Notes: a model not told the origin generated them from the sequence alone. 64,000 nt of DNA from Bacteroidales bacterium (GCA_963662525.1 OY759717.1:1608392-1672391), one strand, 5' to 3'. Shown: positions 47,855-58,160, counted from the first letter of the stretch. Program-made: numbers and translations.

Positions 47855-48475
47855 ATGATGAAAAAGATCCTTTGCTTCTTTGTATTTTGCCTGCTGAACG
47901 GACTATTGCTCAGCGCACAAACGAATGATAAATCCCTGAAATACTTCAACAAGACCGAAGCCGGGGTATCATTCGGCCTTGGTTCATTTAAGACCGATAT
48001 ATACAATAATGTTCAGAAAAAAATCAGGAATGACGAGATTGTCATCACTTTTCAGACCATCAATGGACTTAAATACATGAATCAGCTTGGGGTAGGACTT
48101 AGTTTTGGTGTCGAAAAATGGCAAAATGGTTTATTCTGGCCGCTCTACGCTTATATAAGCTATGACCTGAAGCCTGCCGACAATACATTTTATGGCGCCA
48201 TCTATCTCGGGTATGCCTTCGGAACACGTAAACAAACAAGTTTTTATGAAGAGGGAAAAGGCGCTTTCGGATTGAGTATTGGATTGGGATATAAAATGAA
48301 GATCGCGAAAAACCTGAGATTCATGTATGAGATCTTCTATAAATACCAGGCCATCTCATCAAATTATAATGTTTGGTATACCGACTCTGCCAATGTGAAA
48401 AAATTGATCAGAACAGAGGAATATAAAGTCCCGCTTCATTTTGCCGGATTCAAGATCGGCATCTGCTTCCCCTGA
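47855..48475 (+). CDS. Hypothetical outer-membrane beta-barrel protein
   Basis: Signal peptide, amphipathic strands, C-terminal GFKIGICF. Confidence 0.7.
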   Translation: MMKKILCFFVFCLLNGLLLSAQTNDKSLKYFNKTEAGVSFGLGSFKTDIYNNVQKKIRNDEIVITFQTINGLKYMNQLGVGLSFGVEKWQNGLFWPLYAYISYDLKPADNTFYGAIYLGYAFGTRKQTSFYEEGKGAFGLSIGLGYKMKIAKNLRFMYEIFYKYQAISSNYNVWYTDSANVKKLIRTEEYKVPLHFAGFKIGICFP

Positions 48476-48479
48476 TAAT

Positions 48480-50141
48480 TCAGATCAGACATTTTTCCTT
48501 CCTGGCAAAAAGGAAGAACGAATAAAAGAAAGCAAAAAATGTTACTCCTGTCTGAGATTCAATGGTATCCTCTGTCAGCATGGAAAACAGGGCGATGATT
48601 AAAAATACCAGAAAGAAATAATCATTGTATTGTTTTAAAATTAATGGAGGATAAAAAACCGCGACAAGAAACCAGATAAATCCAAAAATACCAAAGGCAA
48701 TAAAAATTGACATATACTGGTTATGCGACCGCCATCGCTGATCAGGCGCCAGTTTCGAATGCATCTTTTCATATTGCCGCTCAAATGCTATATTCATATC
48801 TCCCGTTCCAACACCATACAACCAGTTTTCTTTGATCAGCCCCAGAGAAGCTTTCCAGAATTCAATGCGCTGCATTACCGTTGATCCGGTGGGATTTTCA
48901 GTAGCCTGATATTGATCGTATCCTGCCAGGAATTCATAAATCCGGCCCCGGATACTGAAAGGCTCCAGAAAAACAAAATTTGCGGTTCCTTTTTCGATGG
49001 TGCTGATTTCATTGTCGGTCAGCTTTTCAACGGCATCAGCATCTTTCCGTTCGCCTTTTGAAGTAAGGAAGCGGATCAGGGTGAATTTCACGGGCTGATT
49101 TTTCATGTCCAGGCTGTCAAAGGGAATTTGACTTCGGCGATTCCAGGAATCGCGCAATTCATCCCATTGCACATAAAGCCAAAGATAATTCCCGTTTTCA
49201 GTCTGAAGATTTGCAGAATTATGAATATAGGGGTTCCCCCGGGAAGTGAAATGGTCCAGCTTTCTGAAATCGACTATTTTCACGGCATAATAATCCCTGA
49301 TGACAGAATGAACATAAAAATACCAGCCACCCCCTACGCCAATCAACACTAAAAGGATGAAAACTTTCAACCATATCTTTTTTTGGTGGAAAATCAAAAC
49401 CGGGATAATCAACAACAATGTCAGGAAGGAAATGATAAAGCCGGTCATCGATTTGGTCAGGACCAGATAAGCAAGAAACCAAACCATGGCAAGAAAAAAG
49501 AGGACCTTCCATCCTGGTCTTATGCGGTTTTTCCGGATGATGAAATAAGCAAGAGAAAACAACGACAGACTGATGAGTAAACTGAATATAATGTGGGAAA
49601 CATGCCTGGCAACATCTCGTATGTCTATATAATCATTGAAAATAACCTTCCATGTATTCATGAATGTTGCAACCAGAAGGGAAAGAATAAACAGCAGCAG
49701 AAAGGCCCGGAAGGTTTTCGGACCGATTTTTTCTGAAGTGGCAAAAAACACCGGAAGTGCCATCAGGGGCAATTTGGTGCGTAAATCCTTCAGGGCATAA
49801 TCGAAATCTACGGTAAAGATTAGTCCCACAATATGCAACAAGAACACAGAAGAAAAAATAAGAGCGGGTTTGTTCTTCGAAAATTCCCGGAGTCCCCTGA
49901 GCATCCCCTCAAAAAACAAATAAAAAAAATAAGGTAAAATGAGTAAAATTCCCGGGAACCTTGGATGACGGAAATAAAACGAGGTTAATTTCTCAAGATT
50001 CAGATAAGCCATGATCCAGGCTCCGGTCATCGTCAGCTGGCCGATACTCAGGATGGCTTTGGAGAATGGCAGAAAAATCAGGATTAAAACAAATCCGAAA
50101 TAATAAGCAAAGCGAACGAATTGTCGAAAAATAAATTCCAT
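48480..50141 (-). CDS. O-antigen ligase (WaaL/Wzy_C) family membrane protein
   Basis: Multi-TM; QRIEFWKAS..LYGVGTGD..SHNQYM. Confidence 0.85.
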   Translation of the reverse strand: MEFIFRQFVRFAYYFGFVLILIFLPFSKAILSIGQLTMTGAWIMAYLNLEKLTSFYFRHPRFPGILLILPYFFYLFFEGMLRGLREFSKNKPALIFSSVFLLHIVGLIFTVDFDYALKDLRTKLPLMALPVFFATSEKIGPKTFRAFLLLFILSLLVATFMNTWKVIFNDYIDIRDVARHVSHIIFSLLISLSLFSLAYFIIRKNRIRPGWKVLFFLAMVWFLAYLVLTKSMTGFIISFLTLLLIIPVLIFHQKKIWLKVFILLVLIGVGGGWYFYVHSVIRDYYAVKIVDFRKLDHFTSRGNPYIHNSANLQTENGNYLWLYVQWDELRDSWNRRSQIPFDSLDMKNQPVKFTLIRFLTSKGERKDADAVEKLTDNEISTIEKGTANFVFLEPFSIRGRIYEFLAGYDQYQATENPTGSTVMQRIEFWKASLGLIKENWLYGVGTGDMNIAFERQYEKMHSKLAPDQRWRSHNQYMSIFIAFGIFGFIWFLVAVFYPPLILKQYNDYFFLVFLIIALFSMLTEDTIESQTGVTFFAFFYSFFLFARKEKCLI

Positions 50142-50148
50142 TCCGGTT

Positions 50149-50907
50149 TTAAATAAACAATTTTGCTCTTCCCATTTTCATCTTGATTCTGAATGTTAAC
50201 AATGAATCGGTTCCCCTGATATCGATCCGCTTCATCTCAAAAGCTTGTCGTATCGGATATGGGTTTATGCGATTCCCAATCCTGAGCGCATAATCCATCT
50301 CCAAATTTTTAAAAAGCTCAAACATCCCGGCTTTTCGTGCCGGATCCTTCCGGGGATAACCTCCATAGGGATAGGCCAGTACACGGATAAACGGCAGGTG
50401 AGAATACTGCAGAATATCGAAACAATTTTTCAGATCTTCTTCCATGTCGTTGATTGCAAGATCCCGGTAATTTTGATGGAGAAAAGAATGCAGACCTATT
50501 TCCACATTACCGCCTTCTGATATTTCTATCAATTCATCCGCAGTCATGATGGGATCATGGCCCCTGTCCCAGACATTGGTCTTTCCCATGTAAGCGACCG
50601 GAACAAAAATGCAGGCTTTAAATCCGTATTTTTTTAACAAAGGGACTGCAAATTCTTTAAAACTCCGGTAGGCATCGTCGAATGTGAGAATAAATGCTTT
50701 AGCTGGCAATGGCTGATGATCAGCCATCAGAGATTTCAATTCCCGGAAAGAGATGGAATGATATTCATTTTCTTTCAGCCAGGCAAGATGCAGCTCCAGA
50801 TTGTCCGTTGAAACCGTCAATAGGTCGTTAATCTTCTCCGACACCTTGTGGTACATCAGTACCGGAAGTCCATTTTTCTCCGGAATCCAACGATCTATCC
50901 CATTCAT
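50149..50907 (-). CDS. Polysaccharide deacetylase (CE4-like)
   Basis: VLMYHKV, LTFDDAY, EIGLHSFLH, AYPYG. Confidence 0.9.
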   Translation of the reverse strand: MNGIDRWIPEKNGLPVLMYHKVSEKINDLLTVSTDNLELHLAWLKENEYHSISFRELKSLMADHQPLPAKAFILTFDDAYRSFKEFAVPLLKKYGFKACIFVPVAYMGKTNVWDRGHDPIMTADELIEISEGGNVEIGLHSFLHQNYRDLAINDMEEDLKNCFDILQYSHLPFIRVLAYPYGGYPRKDPARKAGMFELFKNLEMDYALRIGNRINPYPIRQAFEMKRIDIRGTDSLLTFRIKMKMGRAKLFI

Positions 50908-51683
50908 GACGCTGATAATTCAATGGTTTTAGCAATTTTCAGGGAGGCATAAAATGCGGTAAAGAACGACCAGATAAAGCCAGGATAGCCATCCAGAATA
51001 CCTCCTTTAAGAATATAAATAGTAAAAAAACTGATGGGAAATTTAAATCCCACCCAGCATTTGGAATATTTTTTTCCTTTACTGACATTCTCTGCCGCTG
51101 CCTGTGTTGTATAGATGTTGGTTTTTCCCAGGTGATGGGTAATGTTGCGATAGGAATAATGAATGATCCTTCCCTTGAACGTACCTGTGTTCCCTCTTAA
51201 TTCAACCCCTTCATGAACCTGTACTTGGGTGAAATTTCCCCGGTTGCGGTCGAAAAATCTCAGGTGAAATTCATGTCCCACCCCGCTATGTTTGAGGATG
51301 CGGTCCATAAAGCATAAAGAAAACGGAATCCTGTATCCTGAATCCTGTATCCCTGCCTGTTCGGCGGGCAGGCTGCATCCTGCATCTTGTTTCCATGCAG
51401 TGATTTCTTCGCGTAGTTCTGCGGATACGACTTCATCTGCATCAATGGAAAGAATCCAGTCGTTGGAGGCCTGATTGGTTGCAAATTGTTTCTGGTCACC
51501 ATAACCCGTGAACTCACGATGATAGACACGACAACCCGACGACTCACAGATGGCAACAGTATTATCCGTGGAAAAAGAATCCACCACCACTACTTCTGTG
51601 GCAATTCCCTGAACGGAATCGAGGCATCGCTGGATGTTTGCCTCTTCATTATGGGTTATTATAACCACAGAGATTTCAGGCAT
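50904..51683 (-). CDS. GT2 glycosyltransferase (WaaE-like beta-1,4-glucosyltransferase)
   Basis: ISVVIITHNEE, VVDSFSTDNT, WILSIDADE, VHE, ILDGYPG. Confidence 0.92.
   Translation of the reverse strand: MPEISVVIITHNEEANIQRCLDSVQGIATEVVVVDSFSTDNTVAICESSGCRVYHREFTGYGDQKQFATNQASNDWILSIDADEVVSAELREEITAWKQDAGCSLPAEQAGIQDSGYRIPFSLCFMDRILKHSGVGHEFHLRFFDRNRGNFTQVQVHEGVELRGNTGTFKGRIIHYSYRNITHHLGKTNIYTTQAAAENVSKGKKYSKCWVGFKFPISFFTIYILKGGILDGYPGFIWSFFTAFYASLKIAKTIELSAS
51328..51389 (-). repeat. GATRCAG heptamers flanking the CCTGCC...GGCAGG element, in frame inside the GT2 gene
   Basis: Encodes QDAGCSLPAEQAGIQDSGYR. Confidence 0.9.
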
Positions 51684-51687
51684 ATTC

Positions 51688-52485
51688 TCAGGTTAGGTTC
51701 AAAGAAAATTGATCCCAGTCCATCCCAAGCGTGAATGATTCACGGAAAGCCAGTAAATCCTTATAGGAAAGACTGAGCGTTTCATAAACTTCTTTGCCTG
51801 GCGCTGCTTTCATCATCACATTTCCCCTGGCATCAACAGCCATGGAATCGCCGGAATGGTCAGTCCCATGACCGTCCATGCCAATGCGGTTGACACCGAT
51901 TGCATAGGACTGGTTTTCCATGGCGCGGGCTTTAAGCAATGTTTCCCAGACATGTTGCCTGCTCTGCGGCCAGTTGGCCAGGCAAACCAGGGCATCATAT
52001 TCATATCGTCCATCCTGATAAGAATTCTTGGTCCATACAGGAAATCGCAAATCATAACAGATCAGCGGCATGATCTTCCACCCGTTTACATCAAATATTT
52101 TCCTCGAATTCCCGGCATTGATAATCCGGTATTCTTCGCTTAAACGAAACAAATGCCGTTTATCGTATGTTTGAATGCTTCCATCCGGAGAAATACAAAC
52201 CAGGCGATTATAAAACTGATCCTTATCCCTGATCAACAATGTTGCCATAATGACGACATTTCTGGAGGTAGATTCTGTAAGGAGAAAACGGACTGAAGGG
52301 CCATCCATTTCTTCAGCACAAACCATGGGATTGATGGAAAAGCCGGTATTGAACATCTCCGGTAAAAGGATAAGGTCGCTTTGACTTCCTATCCGGTCAA
52401 ATAAATTCCGGAAGTGCTGAATATTTTTTACAGGGTCTTCCCAGTAAAGAGAAGTCTGGATAAAAGTAACGGTAATCTTGTCCAT
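51688..52485 (-). CDS. Nitrilase-family omega-amidase (YafV-like)
   Basis: LPEMFNTGF, YDKRHLF, ICYDLRFPVW (E-K-C triad), ARAMENQ. Confidence 0.92.
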   Translation of the reverse strand: MDKITVTFIQTSLYWEDPVKNIQHFRNLFDRIGSQSDLILLPEMFNTGFSINPMVCAEEMDGPSVRFLLTESTSRNVVIMATLLIRDKDQFYNRLVCISPDGSIQTYDKRHLFRLSEEYRIINAGNSRKIFDVNGWKIMPLICYDLRFPVWTKNSYQDGRYEYDALVCLANWPQSRQHVWETLLKARAMENQSYAIGVNRIGMDGHGTDHSGDSMAVDARGNVMMKAAPGKEVYETLSLSYKDLLAFRESFTLGMDWDQFSLNLT

Positions 52486-52500
52486 TATTGCAATTATATT

Positions 52501-52545
52501 CCCCTCAGGGCCCCTCCCTATTTATAAAGAGGGTTCGGGGCGGGG
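52501..52545. repeat. CCCCTCCC...GAGGG palindromic element in the amidase/pgk divergent gap
   Basis: GCCCCTCCCTATTTATAAAGAGGGTTCGGGGCGGGG. Confidence 0.5.
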
Positions 52546-52600
52546 ACATTTATTTTACTCGTAAAATTAAAAAGATATGCGTTGTCCCGCTGAAAAATTT

Positions 52601-52608
52601 TAAATTTG
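52601..52608 (+). promoter_or_regulatory. -7 promoter element of pgk
   Basis: TAAATTTG. Confidence 0.6.
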
Positions 52609-52633
52609 CCCTGATAACTATAATTCTCATATC

Positions 52634-53824
52634 ATGCATACGATAGATGATTTAAACTTCAAGGGCAGGAAAGCCTTAATTCGTGTTGACTTTAATGTTC
52701 CCCTGGATAACAACTTTCAGGTAACCGATACCAACCGCATCGATGCAACTTTACCCACCATCAACAAAATTCTGAACGATGGAGGATCGGTGATACTCAT
52801 GTCGCACCTGGGTCGCCCAAAAGGCGGACCGGAGGAAAAATATTCCCTGAAACATCTTGTTCCATATTTGACGCAGGTTCTTCAACGGCCGGTAAAATTT
52901 GCCGATGATTGTATCGGGCAGTCGGCTATTGACCTATCCGCTTCCCTTCAGCCAGGAGAAGTGCTTTTACTGGAAAATCTCAGGTTTTACAAAGAAGAAG
53001 AAAAGGGGGATGAGGTTTTTGCTGAAAAACTGGCCAAACTCGGAGATGTTTATGTGAACGATGCTTTTGGAACTGCACACCGGGCTCACGCGTCAACGGC
53101 CATCATTGCCGACTTTTTCCCCGAAAATAAAATGTTCGGTTATGTCATGGCCAATGAGATCATCAACATCGATAAATGTCTGAAAGATAATAAACGTCCT
53201 TTCACAGCTATTCTCGGAGGAGCAAAAGTATCAACCAAAATTGAGATCATCAACCACCTGATGGACAAGGTCGACAACCTGATCATAGGAGGGGGTATGA
53301 TGTTCACCTTCATTAAAGCCCTTGGCGGCGAAATAGGGGCATCCATGGTCGAAGAAGAATATGTGGAACTGGCTAAAAACATTATCGAAGGAGCCAAGGC
53401 CCTTGGCGTAAACCTTTATGTTCCTGCCGATGCGGTGATCGCCGATGTGTTCTCCAACGATGCCAACAAAAAACTCAGCAGCGCTTACGACATACAGGTC
53501 CCCTGGATGGGCCTCGATATCGGGCCATCAGCCTGCCAGAAATTCAACCAGGTCATCGAAAAATCAGGTACTATCCTCTGGAATGGCCCTATGGGTGTTT
53601 TTGAAATGAACAGTTTTGAAGAAGGCACCAAATTTATCGCACATGCTGTTGCCCGTGCAACGGAAAACGGTACTTTCTCCCTGGTTGGCGGGGGAGATTC
53701 CGTTGCAGCCATCAATAAATACGGACTGGCCGATAAAGTCAGCTATGTTTCCACCGGAGGAGGCGCCATGCTTGAATATATTGAGGGGAAAGAACTGCCG
53801 GGAATTATTGCTATCCTTGATTAA
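52634..53824 (+). CDS. pgk: Phosphoglycerate kinase
   Basis: [45 protein letters not shown]. Confidence 0.99.
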   Translation: MHTIDDLNFKGRKALIRVDFNVPLDNNFQVTDTNRIDATLPTINKILNDGGSVILMSHLGRPKGGPEEKYSLKHLVPYLTQVLQRPVKFADDCIGQSAIDLSASLQPGEVLLLENLRFYKEEEKGDEVFAEKLAKLGDVYVNDAFGTAHRAHASTAIIADFFPENKMFGYVMANEIINIDKCLKDNKRPFTAILGGAKVSTKIEIINHLMDKVDNLIIGGGMMFTFIKALGGEIGASMVEEEYVELAKNIIEGAKALGVNLYVPADAVIADVFSNDANKKLSSAYDIQVPWMGLDIGPSACQKFNQVIEKSGTILWNGPMGVFEMNSFEEGTKFIAHAVARATENGTFSLVGGGDSVAAINKYGLADKVSYVSTGGGAMLEYIEGKELPGIIAILD

Positions 53825-54927
53825 TTCCGGTCAACCTCTGTTAACAGATAGTCTTCAAGCTCTGTTATCCTGTCGTCCAGCTGGAAATTCTTTTCAACCC
53901 TTTCCCTTGCTGCTTTGCCAAACTTAGCTCGGAGATTTTCATCCCGGCTTAATAATTCTATTCTCTCGCTCATCATTTCTACATCCGGATAATCAGCAAG
54001 GAAACCTGTTTCATTATCGATGATAATTTCTGGATTACTCGTTATATTAAAGGCAACAGTGGGTTTACCCGCAGCCATCGCTTCCACGATGACATATCCA
54101 AATCCTTCCCAGCAGGAGGTAAGAACAAAAATATCAATTGAACGCATAAAACCTGCCATATCTTCAACAAATCCAAGCAAAACAACCTCCTTCTGAAGAT
54201 GGTATTTCTCAATCAGTTTTTCCAGGGTTGACTTCATCTCACCGATTCCTGCAATAAACAGGGTAAACCTGATTCCTTTCTGTTTTAAGCGGTTGGCAAC
54301 TTCAATTAAATAATGCTGCCCTTTTTGTAAAGTCAGCCTGCCGGCATTGCCCAAAATGATCCCTCCTCCTTTTTCAGCAACAGGAAAACAAAGATTACCG
54401 GGATGGTTATCGAAAATATTCAAATCTATTCCATGATAAATAACCTTAACCGTTTCTGCATCGATGCTTTTTTTCAGATGGGTTAAAATTGTTCTTTTTG
54501 TCTCCAAGGAATTGGCGACAATATGAGTAACAAAGTGTTTAAAAAGGATTCGGTTAATCACGGTGTTTCTGATCGGAGTAGCAAGCCCTCTTAAGTAAAC
54601 AATGTTGCGAACTCCGGCTATTTTTGAAGAGATCGCACCCAATTTGAAATCCTGTGAACTTGAAAACAGTATCGTGTCGGTTTTTTCCTTTTTAAAGAAC
54701 CGAAACAGCTTAAAATATTTTAACGGATTTAAAAAGGAAAGATTTCCGGCAGAAATGTTAAACACGGGCAGATTGATAGCTTTTCCCTTTTCAGAGAGCG
54801 TTGAGTTCTTATCAGATACCAAATAAACATGATACCCTTTTTCTTCGAATTTTATTGCATATTCAAGGTGTAATTTTTCACCCCCGCCCCAAAACTTTAC
54901 GGTATTAAAAAAGCAAATGTTCTTCAT
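53821..54927 (-). CDS. GT4 (GT-B) glycosyltransferase
   Basis: [34 protein letters not shown]. Confidence 0.92.
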   Translation of the reverse strand: MKNICFFNTVKFWGGGEKLHLEYAIKFEEKGYHVYLVSDKNSTLSEKGKAINLPVFNISAGNLSFLNPLKYFKLFRFFKKEKTDTILFSSSQDFKLGAISSKIAGVRNIVYLRGLATPIRNTVINRILFKHFVTHIVANSLETKRTILTHLKKSIDAETVKVIYHGIDLNIFDNHPGNLCFPVAEKGGGIILGNAGRLTLQKGQHYLIEVANRLKQKGIRFTLFIAGIGEMKSTLEKLIEKYHLQKEVVLLGFVEDMAGFMRSIDIFVLTSCWEGFGYVIVEAMAAGKPTVAFNITSNPEIIIDNETGFLADYPDVEMMSERIELLSRDENLRAKFGKAARERVEKNFQLDDRITELEDYLLTEVDRN

Positions 54928-54935
54928 TACCGATA

Positions 54936-55472
54936 TTATCGTGTTTCGTGATCAGTCTCCTGTAGAATTACCGCGGTACCCGGGAATTTGATCGATCCGC
55001 CAAAACGTTTCATCAGGGCAGGAAATACGCCGGTGACATGGTGATAAATAAACGATGCTGTTTTATCCTCTTTTTGTATCCACTTCTCCCCGGTGTCCAC
55101 ACTGGTAATAATGAACAGCAGGATGCTGGCCAGGACGACCCCTTTGATAAATCCAAGGATAGCCCCTGCAAGGCAATTCAGAAATCCCATGCCAACTACA
55201 TTCACGACTTTTTCCATCAATTTTGCAACCACAAAAACACCCGTTACCACGATTAAAAACGTGAGGGTAAAGGAGAGTATTGGAAGCCAGGTTCTTGATG
55301 GTTTAAGGTTTTTTAGTAAAATTCCATCAAGGAAATTCGAAAAATTCACGGCCAGATATATCCCGAGGATGAGTGCAATAAAAGTTGCCAGGCTGATGAT
55401 AAATCCTTTCCGGTATCCCTGGATGATGAAAATTCCCACGAAAGCAAAAATCAGGAAATCAAGAAAGTTCAT
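54936..55472 (-). CDS. cvpA: CvpA (colicin V production) family membrane protein
   Basis: MNFLD..GYRKGFI; LN.LAGAILGFIKG. Confidence 0.88.
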   Translation of the reverse strand: MNFLDFLIFAFVGIFIIQGYRKGFIISLATFIALILGIYLAVNFSNFLDGILLKNLKPSRTWLPILSFTLTFLIVVTGVFVVAKLMEKVVNVVGMGFLNCLAGAILGFIKGVVLASILLFIITSVDTGEKWIQKEDKTASFIYHHVTGVFPALMKRFGGSIKFPGTAVILQETDHETR

Positions 55473-55486
55473 ACCGAAAGGATTTG

Positions 55487-56233
55487 TTATTTTTTTAGCC
55501 GTGATGTTAATTCGGTACCAAAAACAAATTCATTCAATTCCTTGTTTTCAGTATGTAAAATCGTTTCCTTATCGCCTTTCCACCATAACTCTCCTTCATA
55601 GATAAAGGCAACGCTGTCGCCGATTCCAAGGACAGAATTCATATCATGGGTGTTCACGATAGTGGTTATGTCATATTCCCTGGTAATTTCCTGGATCAGC
55701 CTGTCGATCACCCCGGAAGTCTGGGGATCCAGTCCGGAATTGGGCTCATCACAGAACAGGTACTGGGGTTTCATGGCTATGGCTCTGGCAATGGCCACCC
55801 GTTTCCGCATACCTCCGCTGAGCTCTGAAGGCATAAGTTTGTTCACATTTTCAAGGTTAACCCTTTGTAAGACGAAATTCACCCGCTCTTTTTTTTCTTC
55901 CAGACTCTGGTCGGTGAACATATTCAACGGAAACATCACATTCCCCTCCACATTCATGGAGTCAAACAGGGCTCCTCCCTGGAAAAGCATACCGATCTCT
56001 TTTCTTAGGGTCTTGCGGCTTTCAAAGTTCATTTCGGTAAAGTTCCGCCCATCATAAACAACCATTCCCTGGTCAACTTCAAAAAGACCGACCAGGCATT
56101 TCATCAGGACGGTTTTCCCGGAACCGCTCTGCCCGATGATCAGGTTGGTCATGCCCTTTTCGAATGTACAACTGATGTTTTTCAGCACATGATGATCGCC
56201 GAAATGCTTATCGATGTTCCGGGCCTCTATCAT
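55487..56233 (-). CDS. mlaF: MlaF/Mkl-like ABC ATP-binding protein
   Basis: GQSGSGKT, FQGGALFDSMNV, LSGGMRKRV, DEPNSGLDP. Confidence 0.88.
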   Translation of the reverse strand: MIEARNIDKHFGDHHVLKNISCTFEKGMTNLIIGQSGSGKTVLMKCLVGLFEVDQGMVVYDGRNFTEMNFESRKTLRKEIGMLFQGGALFDSMNVEGNVMFPLNMFTDQSLEEKKERVNFVLQRVNLENVNKLMPSELSGGMRKRVAIARAIAMKPQYLFCDEPNSGLDPQTSGVIDRLIQEITREYDITTIVNTHDMNSVLGIGDSVAFIYEGELWWKGDKETILHTENKELNEFVFGTELTSRLKK

Positions 56234-56973
56234 GTGAGCAACAATTGGGTGAGTACCAGGTTAAACAGGATAATGGTGATGCTGCTGATGACAACCGCCT
56301 TGGTGCTGGCCTGCCCCACTTCCCTCGCCCCTCCCTGGGTCTCATAGCCGTAAAATCCGGAAATGGAGGAAATGATGAATGCAAAAAATACTGTTTTTGT
56401 CAGGGCATAGAAAATAGTATAGCCTTCAAAATCGATTCTGATCCCTTCCACAAAATCGGAAGTGGTAACCAGGCCGGTGGCAACCATGGCGAACCATCCG
56501 CCCAAAATTCCCATCCACATGCTGAAAACGATCAGCACAGGATTGATCAGGATGGATGCGGTGATCTTGGGAAAAATAAGGTAATTGGCTGAATTGACCC
56601 CCATGATCTCCAGGGCATCAATCTGCTCTGTGACCCGCATGGTCCCGATCTGGGAAGCAATGCTCGATCCTACCTTCCCGGCCAGGATCAGGCTGATCAC
56701 GGTAGGTGAAAATTCAAGGATCACCGACTGCCGCGTGGTGAAGCCCACCATCGACATGGGGATCAGCGGGCTGTCGATGTTGTAGGCAGTCTGGATGGCA
56801 ACAACAGCGCCCATAAACAGGGAGATGAACGCCACAATGCCGATGGAGTCCAGTCCTAACTGCTCCAGCTCTTCAAACAACTGCCGCTGATAGATCTTCC
56901 GCTTCTGGGGACGGGTAAAAACCCGCTGCATGAGCAGGACATATCTTCCAATGGTATCAAATACCTTCAGCAT
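56230..56973 (-). CDS. mlaE: MlaE family ABC permease
   Basis: GKVGSSIASQIGTMRVTEQIDALE.MG, GGAREVG.ASTKAVV. Confidence 0.92.
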   Translation of the reverse strand: MLKVFDTIGRYVLLMQRVFTRPQKRKIYQRQLFEELEQLGLDSIGIVAFISLFMGAVVAIQTAYNIDSPLIPMSMVGFTTRQSVILEFSPTVISLILAGKVGSSIASQIGTMRVTEQIDALEIMGVNSANYLIFPKITASILINPVLIVFSMWMGILGGWFAMVATGLVTTSDFVEGIRIDFEGYTIFYALTKTVFFAFIISSISGFYGYETQGGAREVGQASTKAVVISSITIILFNLVLTQLLLT

Positions 56974-57033
56974 AAAATCTTTTTGCTAAAATACCAAAAA
57001 TAGGTGAAATAACGTTTCAGAGGAAGAAATATT

Positions 57034-57120
57034 GATACGGTCTGCCCGACAGGCAGGGATATGAGATAAAGGATACAAGATGCAAGACGCAAGGCATCGC
57101 CTATCGCCTATCGCTTATCG
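57034..57120. repeat. Composite intergenic element: CTGCCCGACAGGCAGG core, GATRCAA heptamers and CCTATCG heptamers
   Basis: Combines units seen in ispG, the GT2 gene and the nuoK-nuoL gap. Confidence 0.85.
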
Positions 57121-57157
57121 TCAAATTTTTTTGTACTTTTACATTGACGATTTTTAT

Positions 57158-57289
57158 ATGCGTATTTTAAAACGACGGTTCGTGTTTTTAATCTTATTCC
57201 TTAGTCTGGTATTGCTGGGGGTATCCTGCAGCACCCAGCGTTATCCGGCCCACCGGAAAGGACATTCAAAAGGCTGCAATTGCCCCTGA
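57158..57289 (+). CDS. 43-aa small lipoprotein with C-terminal CxCP
   Basis: MRILKRR, hydrophobic core, LGVSC lipobox; mature CSTQRYPAHRKGHSKGCNCP. Confidence 0.65.
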   Translation: MRILKRRFVFLILFLSLVLLGVSCSTQRYPAHRKGHSKGCNCP

Positions 57290-57298
57290 TATTAATCC

Positions 57299-57306
57299 TA
57301 CCTTTG
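57299..57306 (+). promoter_or_regulatory. -7 promoter element upstream of the SprT-like gene
   Basis: TACCTTTG. Confidence 0.5.
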
Positions 57307-57331
57307 CTTCTTACACCCGGGACCGAAAAAC

Positions 57332-58036
57332 GTGCAACTATTTTTCTTCAAAAGAAAACAAAAAACAAGGAGAATTATCCCGTCTCAGGGTCGTTCTGCC
57401 GTGATGGAAATGCTGGTCCCCTGCCTTCCGGCTGGCGCTGCCGATGTCCTTATGGAATACTGGGATGAAAAACCCTTTCACCTGAAGATCGTGCGTCACC
57501 GGCATTCAAAAAGCGGTGATTTCCGGCCTGCCCATAATGGAGATCCTGCCCGGATCACCATCAATGGCGACCTGAGTCCATCTGCCTTCCTGATCACCCT
57601 GATCCATGAACTGGCCCATCATTCAGTACAAACAAAGCCCCGCCCAAGGCCTCACGGAGCTGAATGGAAATCAAGATTCCGGGAACTGATGCAACCATTT
57701 CTGATTTCATCGGTTTTTCCTCCTGAGGTTCTGATCCCTTTGCAGAAGTACATGAAAAATCCGCTGGCTTCAACTTCCGCCGATCAGGACCTGAGCCGGG
57801 CGCTGAAAAATCCTGAAGATAATAGTGGACAAGTTCACCTGGAGGAACTCCCCCAGGAAGCTGTTTTTCGCATTCATAACGGAAAAACCTTCCGCAAGAA
57901 GGAGAAACTGCGAAAGCGCTACCGCTGTATCTGTCTGCAGAACCAGCGGATCTACCTGATCAGTCCGCTGGCGCCGGTTGTTCCGTTGAGCCGGGAGCAG
58001 ACAAAAGGGGGAAGCAAGGCGGTAGCACCCCGGTAG
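57332..58036 (+). CDS. SprT-like zinc metalloprotease domain protein
   Basis: RHSKSGDFR, TLIHELAHH (HExxH), PHGAEWK, KLRKRYRC; start may be 57404. Confidence 0.88.
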   Translation: MQLFFFKRKQKTRRIIPSQGRSAVMEMLVPCLPAGAADVLMEYWDEKPFHLKIVRHRHSKSGDFRPAHNGDPARITINGDLSPSAFLITLIHELAHHSVQTKPRPRPHGAEWKSRFRELMQPFLISSVFPPEVLIPLQKYMKNPLASTSADQDLSRALKNPEDNSGQVHLEELPQEAVFRIHNGKTFRKKEKLRKRYRCICLQNQRIYLISPLAPVVPLSREQTKGGSKAVAPR

Positions 58037-58052
58037 CACCCCGGTAGCATTC
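58020..58052 (+). repeat. Three 11-bp CGGTAGCACCC units spanning the SprT stop codon
   Basis: TAG stop 58034-58036 lies in unit 2. Confidence 0.85.
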
Positions 58053-58152
58053 CGGTCTTCAATGCTTGTTATAAGGGAGTTTAATTACACCCAGCAAGGT
58101 TAAATTAAGTTAATGTTTTCTTACAATCATTGTTTTTCAAACGGTATATTGA

Positions 58153-58160
58153 TATTTTTG
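58153..58160 (+). promoter_or_regulatory. -7 promoter element of manC
   Basis: TATTTTTG. Confidence 0.5.
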
